Shown here in pieces: positions 1-18,588 of a stretch of 64,000 nt of DNA. Position numbers and translations under genes: made by a program. Numbering within the stretch: position 1 is the first letter of the stretch; each line of letters starts with the position of its first letter. The stretch comes from the human T2T-CHM13v2.0 reference genome, Homo sapiens. Location: the NCBI RefSeq assembly GCF_009914755.1, contig NC_060947.1; one strand, written 5' to 3'. The notes under the pieces are model-generated. The model made no database searches, was not told the DNA's origin, and was given only the letters and a program-made list of their open reading frames with translations.

Positions 1-535
1 CTTATAGTGAAATAATAGGAACTTTATGAATTTGCATTGTGTAGAAAGGATTGATGGTAGAAATAATTTAGAGATTTCAAGCTTCTTCCTTTTTAGTCTG
101 TGCCTGGGCTTTGTTTTTTGTTTTTTAAATTTTGGAGATATGCCACTGATTTCTAATTCCTGCCAAATTGCCACATGCCTCTTTAAGAGCCATCAGTAGG
201 AAGGTGTCTATATCATTAGGAAACCCTGTTTTGTAGTTGTACCTTTGTTGATCTCTTTTTGAGACTTTTGTTTGTTTGTTTCTTGTTCTTATCAGGCAGA
301 CCCTGAACCAGAATAGGTTCAGAGAGGCTCTGATAGTTGTACTTTTGTTCCAGCAGAATGTGTGGACTTAAATTCTTAGAGTGATACTTTGAAAAAGAAT
401 TTGTTATTGTTTAGGACTCAGCATTTTGACCAGTCATAATTTAATACGCTAAGTCAGTGGTGAATGGGGAAACATGTATTATATTTAATAATTGTCAAGG
501 TAAATGATTTATGATGTTGATAATTCATTTACTGA

Positions 536-718
<183 letters not shown>

Positions 719-816
719 TAAGAACATTTTTACTGATTTCTGCTAATAGCCCAAAAAAGCATCAAACGAACGTAGGTACGTTTGGTACAGATTACAAAAG
801 TTAAAAAGCTCATCTG

Positions 817-940
817 GACCAGGCACAGTGGCTCACGCCTGTAATCCCGGCACTCTGGGAGGCCGAGGTGGGAGGCTCAGTTGAACCCAGGAATTTGAGA
901 CCAACCTGGGCAACATAGTGAGACTCCCATCTCAAAAATA
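817..940 (+). mobile_element. Alu monomer (FLAM-like)
   Basis: Alu left-arm consensus plus A tail. Confidence 0.85.
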
Positions 941-1619
941 AATGAATTAATTTTTTAAAAACCCATTTGTAGTTGGGAAGATTTTGGATGAGTGCTTCAA
1001 GCTTGGCTTCTGAAACAAATCATTAGAAATCATTAACTATATAATTATTTATTCATAGTAGTGAAATTCTTTGTATATTAGAGAATGCATCTGTCCTACT
1101 CTTAATAGGATATCTACTTTCTGGTTTTTTTTTTTTAGTATAGGCGATAGATTCACTATGAATGATAAAATATATATGCATTATGCCTGAGGTTAGGAAA
1201 ATAATGTGGTCAGTAGCCATGGGGCAGCCAAGGACCTTGGTTTCCTAGAATGGAGCTATGACCTGTTGTAGTAATTGGCTGCTTATGTGATTGTAGGGGG
1301 CGGGAGGGTCTAGATCCAGTCAATGTGAGAGATCGAAAGGTAAGGGCTCAGAAGAAAGGAAATACAGCTTGCTCGGTGCTATCATCTCCTTCTCTTTGTA
1401 AGTCTGGTGCTTTTGATGTGGTCTCTAGATATATATCATCAGTCACTGAAAGGAACTTTTCTCCAAATCCTGAGCACCCTTGAAAACAGAAACTCTACCT
1501 GGGAACTGCTTCACTGCCAGGCCTAAGGGCAGAGCCCCTGAGCTTTTTGTAGTCTTTGGGCAACCAAAGTGAACACGATTGGTTGTTTACATTTAAGGAT
1601 GAAATTTGTACCTAGTTAT

Positions 1620-2275
<656 letters not shown>

Positions 2276-2799
2276 TGATGGCTATTAAAATAACTGAGAA
2301 ATAATTATTAGTAAACTAATGATAGTTACTTTTAGTAGGAATTGTTTTATTTATAAAGATCTTAGTCTAAAGAGGATGTTTTAATGACCATCTTGCTATG
2401 TCTCTGTGAAAGATAAAAGTGATGCTGTATATGAGGGCAAAAAATGATGTGGGGGAAGAAAATTTCCATGGCTACATGAAGAAAATATTTTGTGATCTGA
2501 AATTTGAAAGGTACCTATGTTTTGTTTACTTGCTTGCTTTTTTCCACAAAAGGTGTCAGATGACTTACTATTGGACTTTATTTCAAATCTGTAAAATTTT
2601 AAGAAAATGAAGAGGGTAGAAATCAGCATTCTTGATTAGGGGATTGCAACGACTGCCACAAATAAAATGTTTACTTTCCCTGTGAATTTTCCTTGTCAGT
2701 GTCATCTCAGAACCCCTTAACTCTGCTTATTAGATGTTATTGGGGAGGTGGGTTCCTGAGTTGATAATTAAGCACCGCTTTGTGCTTTTCAATGTTTAG

Positions 2800-3105
<306 letters not shown>

Positions 3106-3937
3106 TAACTGAGGCTTGGCTGTTCTCTGTGGATGAGAGTACTGTTTAAGATAAGAGATAGAGAAATTGCCCCACTCAGAATAGCCAGAGGCTTGAAAAA
3201 GAGAGCCACTAAAGGAGAAACCAGTTGGGGTTGTATCCTGCTACTGTTTTTTTGGCCATTGTCTTGTCATCTTCCCTGCAGGATTTTACCTCTTTTCGTG
3301 TGTAAGGACACTGGAGGCTGCTTGCTGGCTCACTTACTCCTTCACTGGCTATTCAGGCAATGTGGGTGACTGTGCTGATCTAAGAGGCCCTCCTTCCATT
3401 ATAAGCATATAGAAGTGCTTGAAAGAATGTCACAAAAAACATTTTTACTAGCATAACTAAATTTGAATGCAAGAGGGGGTGATATACACAGGTGTTACAT
3501 ATGGATGGAAAACTCAGAAGCCATAGTGGTGAGCAGAAGCTGACGCTGAAACTGTGTTTCCTGCAGAAAGCCAGGGACTAGAAATGCTGTCAACTTGTTC
3601 TTGAAAAGCAGACTAGTAAAACTAGTAAAGCTGGCTTGCTGCCCTTGGCTGTTGGACCCAAAGAGTCCCCTGAGATAAATTAGAATTAGAATTATAGGCT
3701 TATGCTGTGCAGAGTGGTTCTTTGCAAATTCACATGACCTGCCCCATAGGGACATCTCCATAGCCAAGGGCTCCTTTGGTCAAATACGGAAGATGAGTGG
3801 AATTTACAAAGCACCTGAAGGAAAAAAAATGCCATGAGAAACAGGTGCAACAAACAGAATTCATCTCCTTAGAACTACGGAGAATAGGCCAATTTCCAAG
3901 AGATCTAAAAATACATACATTAAAATTGTGAAAAAAA

Positions 3938-4082
3938 GGGCCAGGCATGGTGGCTCACGCCTGTAATCCCAGCTTTGGGAGGCCAAGATGGGAGGATTGC
4001 TTGAGGCCAGGAGTTTGAGACCAGCTTGGTCAACATAGCAAGACCCTATCTCTAGGGGGAAAAAAAAAGAAAGAAAGAGAAA
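3938..4082 (+). mobile_element. Alu monomer with TSD
   Basis: ttgtgaaaaaaagg on both sides. Confidence 0.85.
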
Positions 4083-4529
4083 AAATTTGTGAAAAAAAGG
4101 AAGGAACAGAAACTATGAGGGAGTTATAAGACATTTTTGATACATGGTGCTTTAGCTGATACTTCAAAATATTTCATAATTTATATTGTGATTCTTTAAC
4201 CCATGAGTTATGTAGAAGTATTTTTTCCAAATGCATGGGTTTTAAAAAAGTAATTTCTAATTTTTAAATTTCTAAGTTCACTGCATTGTAATACTGTGGT
4301 CTATGTGATGCTGAAGTTTTGGGATTTTTTTTTTTTTCAGACTTTCCTGTGGTCGAGTATAGATTATTTCCAAGTACACATGGCATACTTAGAAAAAATT
4401 ACTGTGCAGTAGTCCACAAGGCAAATCTCAACAAACAATAAAGAATCAGTGTCATATAAACTAACTTCTCTGACCACAATGCAGTTAAATCTGAAAATAA
4501 TAATAAAATGATATCTTAAAAGGGTATTT

Positions 4530-4835
<306 letters not shown>

Positions 4836-4844
4836 TCAACATTT

Positions 4845-5795
4845 CTCCTTTCCCCATCCACCCGTCTCCCCCAGCGTCTTCTAACCATCATTCTACTCTA
4901 CTTCTATGAGTTCAACTTACAAGTGAGGTCATGTAGTATTTGTCCTTCTATGCCTGGCTTACTTCACTTAACATAATGTCCTCCAGGTTTATCCATGTTG
5001 CAAATGACAGTTTCCCGCGCTTTAAAGGCTGTATAGTATTCCATTATGTTTATATACCACATTTTCTTTCTGCTTTTTTCTTTTTTTTTTGAGACAGAAT
5101 CTTGCTCTGTCGCCCAGGTTGGAGTGCAGTGGCGCAATGTCATCTCACTGCAACTTCTGCCTCCTGGGTTCAAGGGATTCTGGTGTCTCAGCCTCCTGAG
5201 TAGCTGGGATTACAGGTGCATGCCACCACGCCCAGCTAATTTTTTGTATTTTTAGTAGAGATGAGGTTTCATCATGTTGGCCGGGCTGGTCTCGAACTCC
5301 TGAGCTCAGGTGATCCACCCACCTCAGCCTCCCAGTGGATCTCAGTGCTGGGATTACAGGTGTGAGCCACTGCACCCAGCTGCACATTATCTTTATCCAT
5401 TCGTTTGATTATGGACACCGAGGTTGCTTCCATCCATATCTTAGAAATTGTAAATAGTGCTGCAGTGAACATGGGAGTGCAGATATCTCTTCAGCATACT
5501 GACTTCAATTGCTTTGGATATATATACCCAGAAGTGGGCTTGCTGGATCATGCTTTAGTGATCTATTGCACAAAATGGTGACTATATTAAATAATAATGC
5601 ATTGTGTATTTCAAAATTGCTAAAGGAGTAGATTTTAGATACTTTTACCACAAAAAAAATATAAGTATGTGAGGTGATGGATTTGTTCATTAGCCTGATT
5701 TAATCAGTCTACTTTGTAAACTTATAACAAAACATAACATTGTACCCCATAAATATATACAGTTACTATTTGTCAGTTAAAAATAAAATAAAAAG
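4845..5795. mobile_element. Old L1 3'-end fragments in both orientations, interrupted by an antisense Alu (~5075-5380)
   Basis: L1 3' motifs: ggctgtatagtattccatt, aatagtgctgcagtgaacatgggagtgcagatatctct, taagtatgtgaggtgatgga. Confidence 0.75.
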
Positions 5796-7459
5796 TATTT
5801 GGAAATAGTAACAAACAGAAGATAACAACTCCTCAGATTTAAAGCATATGGAACACCCAGTAGGCAAAAGCCAGATCCACACCTACATACGGTGAAATTG
5901 AAGAGTCATCAAGGAAATGGAAAATCTTAAAAGCTGTGAGGGAGAAAAGACACTGTCATTACAAAGGAATGAGAGTAGAAGGAAAGCAAGGAAAATGTAG
6001 TGATTGTGTAGTATGAGCTAGGCTGAGTATTATTTGCATTGTCATAATAATGAAATGATGCTGATCAAGTGAAAATTTTGATATAACTATTGGGTAAGAG
6101 TGGGGAGATAGAAACAGAAGCAGAGCGCATGGATGGCTCAGCGCATGGATGGGGCAGTGGTTGGTGATGTGAGAGAGCTAAAGCCTCATTTTCTATAATG
6201 GATAGTAAATAGACAAGGCCTAAAATTGAAAAATCAGGAGATGTAATTTAAGTGTCTTATTTAGAGATGTTAAAAGCAAAAAAAGTCAACAAGAAAAGAT
6301 AGTTGGAATAGATGCACTCCTAAATAATTCATGGGTTGAGGAGGAAATCACTGTGGAACTTTTTAAATTATTTGGAACTGAGTAACAATGAATGTAGCAT
6401 TTATTTACAAAATTGGGAGGTGCAGCTAACGTGGTAAGAAAAGGGAAATTTATAGCCTTAAATGCATGTTTTAGACAATTTAGGTTGTCTAAGAATGGAA
6501 ATTAATGAGCTAAAGAAAGCGGAAGAACTTCAGAGTAAATACACATAAAGTAGAAGGAAGGGAACAATACAGATCAAAAGGCAGATTATTTCACAGGGAG
6601 CATTTAAGTCATTTTTTATGTGATTTCTGTGAAAATCATTGCAGAAGATTTTCTTTAAAATTATAAAAATCCAAAATGCCATTTTGAGATTTTTATTAGC
6701 ATGTAATCCAAAAATAAAGATTTAAAAACAGACTAGCCTCATTTTACATGAGAAGAAGCTGTGCTGTGTGAGGAGCTCATTTTATTGCTTGGCCCTGGTT
6801 GGCTGCTCAATGCTTTTCCTAGCAGAAGATGGTAAATGAGATAAAAGATTCAGGGGCAAACCCCACAAAACATAAAAATCAGAGTAACTTAGAATTCCAT
6901 TTAACGAAGCTTCCATTTGATTAGCTAGCTGTTTTAGTTAGAATTTCAAGTCATACAGGTACAGAAATTTGAGGACAGATATGCATCTCCCTTACAATAC
7001 AGTGAGAGAAAAACCATCATTCGATATTAAGCAGCCAAGCTTTTTACTTTTTGAGCTTAGCTGCCTATATAATTATTTCTTTTCCTTCATTGGTGTTCAT
7101 TTGATTCATGAGCTGCTTCAATTTGATCGCTATGGACATGGTTCCTAATCTTCAACTTTCCTGAACCGAGCGCCATTTCACTAAGTGAAGTGAGGCTGGA
7201 AAGTTTGCATCATTTGCTCATGTATTCCCCTCACAGCCTGAGGAGGTAAACTCTATGATCGCTAAAGGAAAGCACCTATAGATGATTCAGGGCGGCTGCT
7301 AGCAGTATGCTTTTGCAACTTTGAACTCTCTTCCCCCTCTTCACTTACTCATTAACTCATTTTGAGAGAATTTGGGGAAGAGTTAATAAGCATCTTGAGT
7401 AAGAGAAAAAAATTATTTCATTTCACAGAATCATAAAATTGATCACTTAATATTGATGC

Positions 7460-7815
<356 letters not shown>

Positions 7816-8709
7816 TTAGCGTTACTTTGCTACTTGTAAACATGAATCTTTAAGTAGTAAGGGAACTACTGAATGAAAGATCAATGTAAGAAATCTCCAT
7901 TAAAACAAAAACATGACTGTACTGCTTGTTTTAATACAGTAATACTGGGAATGAAATAATTTTTTTAGGGGAAAAATAACTGTAATTTATTTTTTTAAAT
8001 CATGTACTGCAAAACAAATCTATGGGGATAGAAGTCAGAATTTTCGTTACCCTTGAGGGTGGAGGTAGTACTTCGAGGGCGCTGATAGTGTTCTGTGTCG
8101 ATCTGGCTGGGCTACCTGAGTGCATGCATGTGTAAACATTTGTTGAGCTGTTACCCCAAGATTTGTATACTATATTATATGTATTTTGCACTTTAATAAA
8201 AAAATTGAAGGAAAAAAGTAGGTCTTATCACCATTGGTTATTTCAATCTAATAATATCAACATGTCCTAAGATAAAGGCTTCAAAAACCTTGTGACATAC
8301 TTAACACCTTATCTAAGAGTCTTTAGGCTATCTGAAGACAAATGTTAAATCTCATTAAACATTTTTAAAATTTTGAAATGAAAGATGAATTCCATTTTTA
8401 TTTCAATTAAATTCAATACTCAGATTCCTCTAACCTCTTAAATGCAAATTAAATACTTTATTGTGGAATATGCATTCATCGTGGCACATTTAGTCAATAT
8501 TGAAACCAAATGTATTGCTGCTTCAAATACATGAATGACCACCAGAAAATGGTTTGTGCTAGATATAGTGTTGTGTCCATCAGGTTTAAGTTATTTTCCA
8601 CTGAGGCATGATGGGAGATACAGACTTGGCTTACCAGGGGGCTGTTTAATCTTCTGTGCCCTCAAAAGGGCTTGTTTGGAAATGATTTCGGGCTTCTAAA
8701 TTTCCATAG

Positions 8710-8979
<270 letters not shown>

Positions 8980-9071
8980 TAATTTTATTATGAAAATATA
9001 AAACTAATTTATGAACAATGTTGTCATACCTCTGGGTATTGGAACTAATCTGTAGAATTTGAGCAACTTAA

Positions 9072-9248
<177 letters not shown>

Positions 9249-9279
9249 TGAATACATGAATATCATTAATTTCCCTCTT

Positions 9280-9403
9280 TTTAAAAAATAGAGACAGGGT
9301 CTCACTCTGTTGTCCAGGCTGGTCTTGAACTCCTGGCCTCAAGCAATCCTGTCTTGGCCTCCCAAAGTGCTGGGATCACAGGCTTGAGCCACTGCATCCG
9401 GCC
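9280..9403 (-). mobile_element. Alu monomer
   Basis: Antisense left-arm consensus. Confidence 0.85.
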
Positions 9404-10245
9404 TCCCATTCCTTATACTACTTGAAATTTTGGAAATTTTGCTATTTTAGAAAATGAAAGATTGTGCACATTTACTGCTGGGGTAGATTCTTCTTTAGTG
9501 TAATTTTCTTATGACTCTCATGAATAAACTGATCCTTTTTGTGAGTTGAGCTGTGGTAAATAACATCACATTTTAGCACGAGGGTTGCCACCTATTAATT
9601 CAAACAAGCCAGAGGTCATAGATCTACTTGGTGACTGGTGGAGCTGTGTGGATCTGGTAACTTGGAAGCCATTGTTCACTGCCTCTGCTGATTTGTTGCC
9701 ACATTTTTCTCATTCATTCTGGACATTGCAGTGGAGGGGCCACCTCTACTTTTGACTCCTGTCCTTCAGTTTCTCCATCTGCTCATGCGCCCTCTTAACC
9801 ATGTGGCATGCCACTTTCGTGGTGGCCTCCCCTTTTTATTTGCTGTGGATGACCAGGGCCATCATCCTTTATTCTCTGATGTGGAAACTATTCAAGGGAA
9901 GTGAGCAAACTGGGCCAATGGTAGGATGTCATTGCAGAGTGCCAGGATATCCTGATGCTTTGAAGGAAAACCACTGGAGAACTTGGATGCTTTATCATGG
10001 TTTTGCCAAAAATATAGCTATTGAGTGGCAGTCACTGTGCTAGGGAATGGCCATCACCTTTTTGTTAGGAAATAATGTTTTATATGCATTTTCAATTGAA
10101 GCAAACATACCAAATGGAAGATAATTATATAAATTCACTTATATGATCAACATTTGTAATATCCTGTGCCTTGCTTGGTAAATGGCAAATAAAGATCTCT
10201 GGTGCACATTTAAAAGAATGCTCTTTTTTTTTGGGCTCTCTGAAG

Positions 10246-10299
10246 GTTGACCTGCTCTTTCTTTCTGAACTGCAAGTGCTACATGATATTTCAAGCTTG
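10246..10299 (+). CDS. ATP6AP2: ATP6AP2 coding exon 6 (54 nt)
   Basis: ctgaag|GTTGAC...AGCTTG|gtaagt; VDLLFLSELQVLHDISSL. Confidence 0.96.
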
Positions 10300-11102
10300 G
10301 TAAGTAGGCTGCTCTAATTTTTTAATTCCATTTATTTTGGTTTCTAGAGAATCCTTGAATAATAGTAAAGGCAGTTGAAAAGTTTGATTAAGTATGCCCT
10401 AGATTTATGATCCCATGAAAATTGAAAAATTAGTGGCAATATTGGGAATTTTGAACACATCCATGTTATAGTCAAATTATTTTGCATTTCTGCTTTTTAG
10501 GGAGAGACAACATATCTTCCAAGAACACAAGCCTGGGCGTAAGAACACCCTGGCCATAGTCCTAACTTGGCTGTTGATTTCTTGTGAGACTTAATTCCTA
10601 TCTATATCTTTGGGCCTAAAATAGAAATAATAGTTTGGACTAATAATGCTGTCAGTCAAGTCAAGAAGGGACGAAATCCGTCTGAAGGGTATTTTTTTGG
10701 TGAATGATTTTTTAAAAATCATCCTTGTTACTGAAATAGAAATTCTTATCTGTTTGCTACCTTCTGAAGTTGTTTTCCAAACTTTTTCAACAGGTGTTGG
10801 TTCGGGGAGTCTGGAAGTGTAGTGCATTCCTGGGATCAAACTGGTCCAGCCATCTGTTCTTTCATACGTTGGCCCATACCTGAGTTTTTAAAACTGAGGA
10901 ATTTTGTTGAAAGCTTTTATTAAATATCCAAGGAGTCTTGTACTGCTCCTAAACATGAGATTCGTGTTGGATTTATCAGAAACGCTTATTCAAACCAGTT
11001 TCTTTTGCCACCATTTTAGACTATTTGCATGTTGTGGTACACTGGTATGGTTTAGTTTAGCCTAGTTTAGTTAGGCATAAAACTTTAACTGGCTGTGTTT
11101 GA

Positions 11103-11324
<222 letters not shown>

Positions 11325-12290
11325 TGAGAGGTTGGAGTATGACCATTTCACTTTTAGCCTCTTAATAGAAAAATCTGCTGTTTCAAACACTGTTGATTGA
11401 ACTCTTATTTGCCTTCTTTGGGGCTCCTCTAATTATACTGGCCAAGGATGGAGTAGGGTCAAAAATGTATATTGATATATTTCTTCCTAATGCTAGAAAG
11501 AACAGCATTAGGAAAAGTTATCTCACACAAAGCTTTACAAAATTATTGTGGTAAAATATATATAACATAAAATTACCACTTTAACCATTTTTAATTGTAC
11601 AGTTCAGTGGTATTAAGTGCAAGTACGTTCACATGTTGTACAACCATCACCATCTTCTATTTCTAGAACTTTTTCTTCTTCCCCAACTGAAACTCTGTAC
11701 TCCTTAAACACTATGAGATAACTGAAGTAGAACACCCAGCACAGTACCAGACAGTAGATGCATAATAAATGCTAGTTCCCCTCTGCCCTTGAAGTTCTTC
11801 ACCTGCATCCTTTCAGTGAGGCTTCATATTTTAATCTTTATAGATGTTTGTGATTAACCAGAGACCACTTAGGAAGATTTCATTTCTCTTTCCAACTTCC
11901 CTTCCTCCAATTTATATGCTGACAAATTCAGTCTCTTCTTAAAGTAATTTTAGTCTAAACATTTGAATATATGTTAAAGCTTAACACTTTTCTGTATAGT
12001 TGAGCAAAATCAAAACCTTTAAGACTTGCTTATTGTAAGATGTAGTATATTTCATGAGCCAGGAGGTAAGTGTACATTGTTCTTGTAGCTGCACAAAAGC
12101 TTTAAAAATAATTTTAATAAGTATGTATTTGACTCACTGCATAAAATGATAAGTAGGAGGTAATGCATATGTTAATTAGCCAATGTGGACTTAAGCCATT
12201 CCACAATGTGTACATATTTCAAAACAATATGTTGATGTGATAAATATATATGATTTTAATTTGTTAATTAAAAATGAAAAAAGTACATAG

Positions 12291-12458
<168 letters not shown>

Positions 12459-12747
12459 TGAGATCCTGCTTTAAAACTGTAAAATTAACTTCTTATAAAA
12501 AAAAAAAAAAACCAAGTCCTATATCACCTAAGGGTGACATGAATGAGCAGTCAGTAAATCTGAAAAACAATTTCAGTTAAAACGTAAGCTTCTTGTTCAC
12601 ATACATATGTGTGCTTTGCCAGTGATGATCAGTTCTTTAGGGTTATAATCAGATAATGCAAGAATTTGAATTAGGGATAAAAGTAAATCTGTCCAAGATT
12701 ATAATTCAAATATCAGTACACACAAGGAGATATCAGAAGTTAATGTG

Positions 12748-12880
12748 GCGCCAGGTGCAGTGGCGTGCATCTGTAATTGCAGCTTCTCAGGAGGCCAAGG
12801 CAGGAGGATTGCTTTAGCTCAGGAGGAGTTTGAGGCCAGTCTGAGGAAACATAGCAAGACCCTGTTTTGAAAAAAAAAAG
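12748..12880 (+). mobile_element. Alu monomer
   Basis: Diverged Alu arm, TSD-like agaagt(t/g)aatgtg. Confidence 0.8.
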
Positions 12881-13479
12881 AAGTGAATGTGTGCGGGAGT
12901 GGTGTGGTGCCCACATCCTATGGGCTCTGCTTTTCTAGCAGGCACATTGTCTTTGTGGCGTAGTCCCTCACTTACTGAGATCCTCTGTGTGCACCTCTTT
13001 ATGATTTTGATTTACTTAACAGTTTTTTTGGGTATGGATCTTGCTTTGATTTTAAGCATTTAGAGGGTCAGGGTTAAGCATTACCATGGTTGCTGGCCAT
13101 GGTAAAATACATATCTGTTTATGTGTATGTACGTGCACATTTACATACATACATATATACTTACAGCTGCAGCAGAACCTAGGGAGGGTGATGGGAAAGA
13201 GTAGTGTAGATGCTCCCTAACATCCTACGTCTGAGAACATTGCTTAGGGCTGGCTGTATCACTTGCAGCAGATAGATATCCACTCAATTACATACACCTC
13301 CGCTTCAGACCCATTTGCAGCCCTCACCCTGCTCAGTTTTACTGAAGTCAGTGTGGGACTTGGAGTCGGAAGGTCGAAGCCAGTGCCTGTTTGAGATAGT
13401 CTAGCGATTACTGGTTTGAGATTGTTTCTTTCTAAATTAAATTGGGGATGGAAGGACCTTTGTTTCAGACAGCATGTCA

Positions 13480-14438
<959 letters not shown>

Positions 14439-14477
14439 TCAGCACATGTGTTGAGAGTGGGGATGCCTCCCAGAGAA

Positions 14478-14790
<313 letters not shown>

Positions 14791-15801
14791 TATGAGATTT
14801 CTTTTTAGGGTGATAGAAATGTTCTAGAATTAGATTGTGGTGATAACTATGAAACCACTAAAATTCCTTGACTTGTACACTTAAAATGGGTAGGAAAAAG
14901 AACATGTTTATCAAAAAAAAAAAAGGAAAGAAACAAAGAGGTCTTCATGGGCGTGAAATCCTTTAACGTTTGCCTCAGCTCTGAGCTCCCCGCAGGTAAA
15001 TATGCATGCCTGTGTACCCATTCTCTCCTACATTTGAAATCACTCTCTTCCATTAGTTTAAGGAGACAGGAGTTTAAGGAACATTTACTGAGTACTCACA
15101 ACATTCCAGGTGCTGGGGCTGTAGGGACAAATAGATCTCGGTTACATTTTCGTTCTCATCCTCACTGCCAGGCACCCTGCCCCCATTTCTCCCACCTCAT
15201 TTGACTGCCGCCTCCTAACTTGTCTGAACTCATCTGTCTCTCTGCTTCCCAGCTGGCTCCTCCCAAATCCATCCTACACATTGTCATCAAAGTTATCTTT
15301 TTTCTTTTCTTTTTTTGAGACAGGGTCTCGCCCTGTCCCAGGCCGGAGTGCAGTGGCGCAATCATAGCTCACTGTAGCCTCAAACTCCTGGGCTCAGGTG
15401 ATCCACCTGTCTGAGCCTCCTGAGTAGCCAGTTCTATAGGCTTGAGCCACCACACTCAGCTAATTTTTAATTTTAATGTTATCTTTTTAAGACAAACCTG
15501 ATCATGTCACTCACTTTCTGCCTAAAGCTTGTCAATGGCTCCTTATTGCCCAGAGGCTCATGTCAGATTTTCTGTAGCTTCCCTGCTTCTAGCTTCATCT
15601 CCTGCTGTGTTCCTACTTTTAAAATTCTCTAGCCAGAATGAATGATATTTCCCAAACAGTGCCTTTGTCAGAATGAATTCAGTTTCCCAAACAATGTTTT
15701 TACACAGCTCTGTATTTTAAAAAAAAGTGTTAAGTGGATCATACATACATAAGTATATAACATATTTAATACTAGTTATTTAAATAATAAAAATAATAAC
15801 A

Positions 15802-16153
15802 CTGTATAGCTCCGTTTTCATATGGCTATAAAGAGCTACCTGACACTGGGTAATTTATAAAGGAAACAGGTTTGATTGATTCACAGTTCCACATGGCTGG
15901 GGAGGCCTTAGGAAACTTACAATCATGGAGGAAGGGGAAGGGGAGGCAGGCACCTTCTTCACAAGGTGGCAAAAGAGAGAGAAAGTGGCACACTTTTAAA
16001 CCATCAGAGCTCATGAGAACTCAGTATCATGAGAACAGTATGGGGGAAACTGCCCCCATGATCCAATCACCTCCCACCAGGTCCCTCTCTCGACACGTGG
16101 GGATTACAAATCGAGATGAGATTTGGGTGGGGACACAGAGCCAAACCATATCA
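15802..16153. mobile_element. MaLR solo LTR (MST/THE1-like)
   Basis: ctgggtaatttataaaggaaa...gagatttgggtggggacacagagccaaaccatatca. Confidence 0.85.
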
Positions 16154-16486
16154 ATAGCTTAAGAGAATGCTTGCTCCTTTGAAGCTCCCTATTTTCTCCC
16201 TCTACCCTCCCTCATCCAGAGGTAACTGCTGTCCTGGATATCATGTTAATCCCTTGCTTTTCTTTACAGATTGACTGCATATGTATTTGTTCTTAAACAG
16301 TGTTGTTTGGTTTTGCCTGTATTTGAATTTTATATAAATTGAATCATACTACATGTATTTTTCTGTGTTCTTTGTTCAGTATTCTTTTTAAGATTCACTC
16401 AGGCTGACAAATGTAGCTGTAGTTTAGTCATTTTACTGTTACATATTCTGCTTGTAGGGATATACCACAATTCCATTCTGTTGATG

Positions 16487-16793
<307 letters not shown>

Positions 16794-17117
16794 TGATATT
16801 CTTATACATGTCTCTTGGTACACATATAGAAATTTTCCCTAGCGTATGGACTTACTGGATCACAGGATATGCACACCTTCAACTTTATTAGGTATTGTCC
16901 AGTTTTCCCAAGCATTTGGACTGGTTTATACTTCCACCATCAGTGCAAGTGTCGTCTCCACAAAGGCGCTCCTTCTTGCTTCCTCCTAGTATAAGTAGCT
17001 GTTATGCCACTTATGAAGAAATGTTTGTTAGACAAATGAATCACAGTCACTAGACTGGGATAATTTCCTATTTTAAAATTCTTCCCTCTTGATTTTTCTT
17101 TCTTTTCTATATTGTAG

Positions 17118-17312
<195 letters not shown>

Positions 17313-18195
17313 ATGTTACCTGTGCCAGAATTAGAAAAGGGGGTTGGAAATTGGCTGTTTTGTTAAAATATATCTTTTAGTGTGCTTTAAAGTAGATAGT
17401 ATACTTTACATTTATAAAAAAAAATCAAATTTTGTTCTTTATTTTGTGTGTGCCTGTGATGTTTTTCTAGAGTGAATTATAGTATTGACGTGAATCCCAC
17501 TGTGGTATAGATTCCATAATATGCTTGAATATTATGATATAGCCATTTAATAACATTGATTTCATTCTGTTTAATGAATTTGGAAATATGCACTGAAAGA
17601 AATGTAAAACATTTAGAATAGCTCGTGTTATGGAAAAAAGTGCACTGAATTTATTAGACAAACTTACGAATGCTTAACTTCTTTACACAGCATAGGTGAA
17701 AATCATATTTGGGCTATTGTATACTATGAACAATTTGTAAATGTCTTAATTTGATGTAAATAACTCTGAAACAAGAGAAAAGGTTTTTAACTTAGAGTAG
17801 CCCTAAAATATGGATGTGCTTATATAATCGCTTAGTTTTGGAACTGTATCTGAGTAACAGAGGACAGCTGTTTTTTAACCCTCTTCTGCAAGTTTGTTGA
17901 CCTACATGGGCTAATATGGATACTAAAAATACTACATTGATCTAAGAAGAAACTAGCCTTGTGGAGTATATAGATGCTTTTCATTATACACACAAAAATC
18001 CCTGAGGGACATTTTGAGGCATGAATATAAAACATTTTTATTTCAGTAACTTTTCCCCCTGTGTAAGTTACTATGGTTTGTGGTACAACTTCATTCTATA
18101 GAATATTAAGTGGAAGTGGGTGAATTCTACTTTTTATGTTGGAGTGGACCAATGTCTATCAAGAGTGACAAATAAAGTTAATGATGATTCCAAAT
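17313..18195 (+). other. ATP6AP2: ATP6AP2 3'UTR
   Basis: Repeat-free AT-rich sequence from the stop codon to AATAAA at 18171; end position approximate. Confidence 0.85.
18171..18176 (+). terminator. ATP6AP2 polyadenylation signal
   Basis: AATAAA followed ~20 nt later by GU-rich tttgtgtc. Confidence 0.8.
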
Positions 18196-18451
18196 TTGTG
18201 TCATTGCAGTACTAAATCTATTTTATATTGTAAAAACCTAACAAAACAGGCTTTTCTTTCATCAGGATTGGCTGTTTTGTTGTACAGATAATTTCATGGT
18301 GTTTCTTTTACACTTGTTTATTCTCGCTGCCTCCTGAGATTTAGTACTAATGTAAGGAAGGCATTTTAATTACCATTCTTGTTACTGAATTTATATAGGA
18401 TATATGAGAAATGCATACTTTATGTAGGAAAGGGTTACATTTTTCTATAGC

Positions 18452-18588
18452 TTTTTTTTTTTTAAATTAAAAACATTTTAGAGACCAGTCTTGCTAGGTT
18501 GCCAGGCTGAACTCCTGGCCTCCAGTGATCCTCCTACCTCAGCCTCCCCAGTAGCTGGGATTACAGGTGTGCACCACTGCACCCGGCC
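18452..18588 (-). mobile_element. Alu monomer
   Basis: Antisense arm. Confidence 0.8.
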
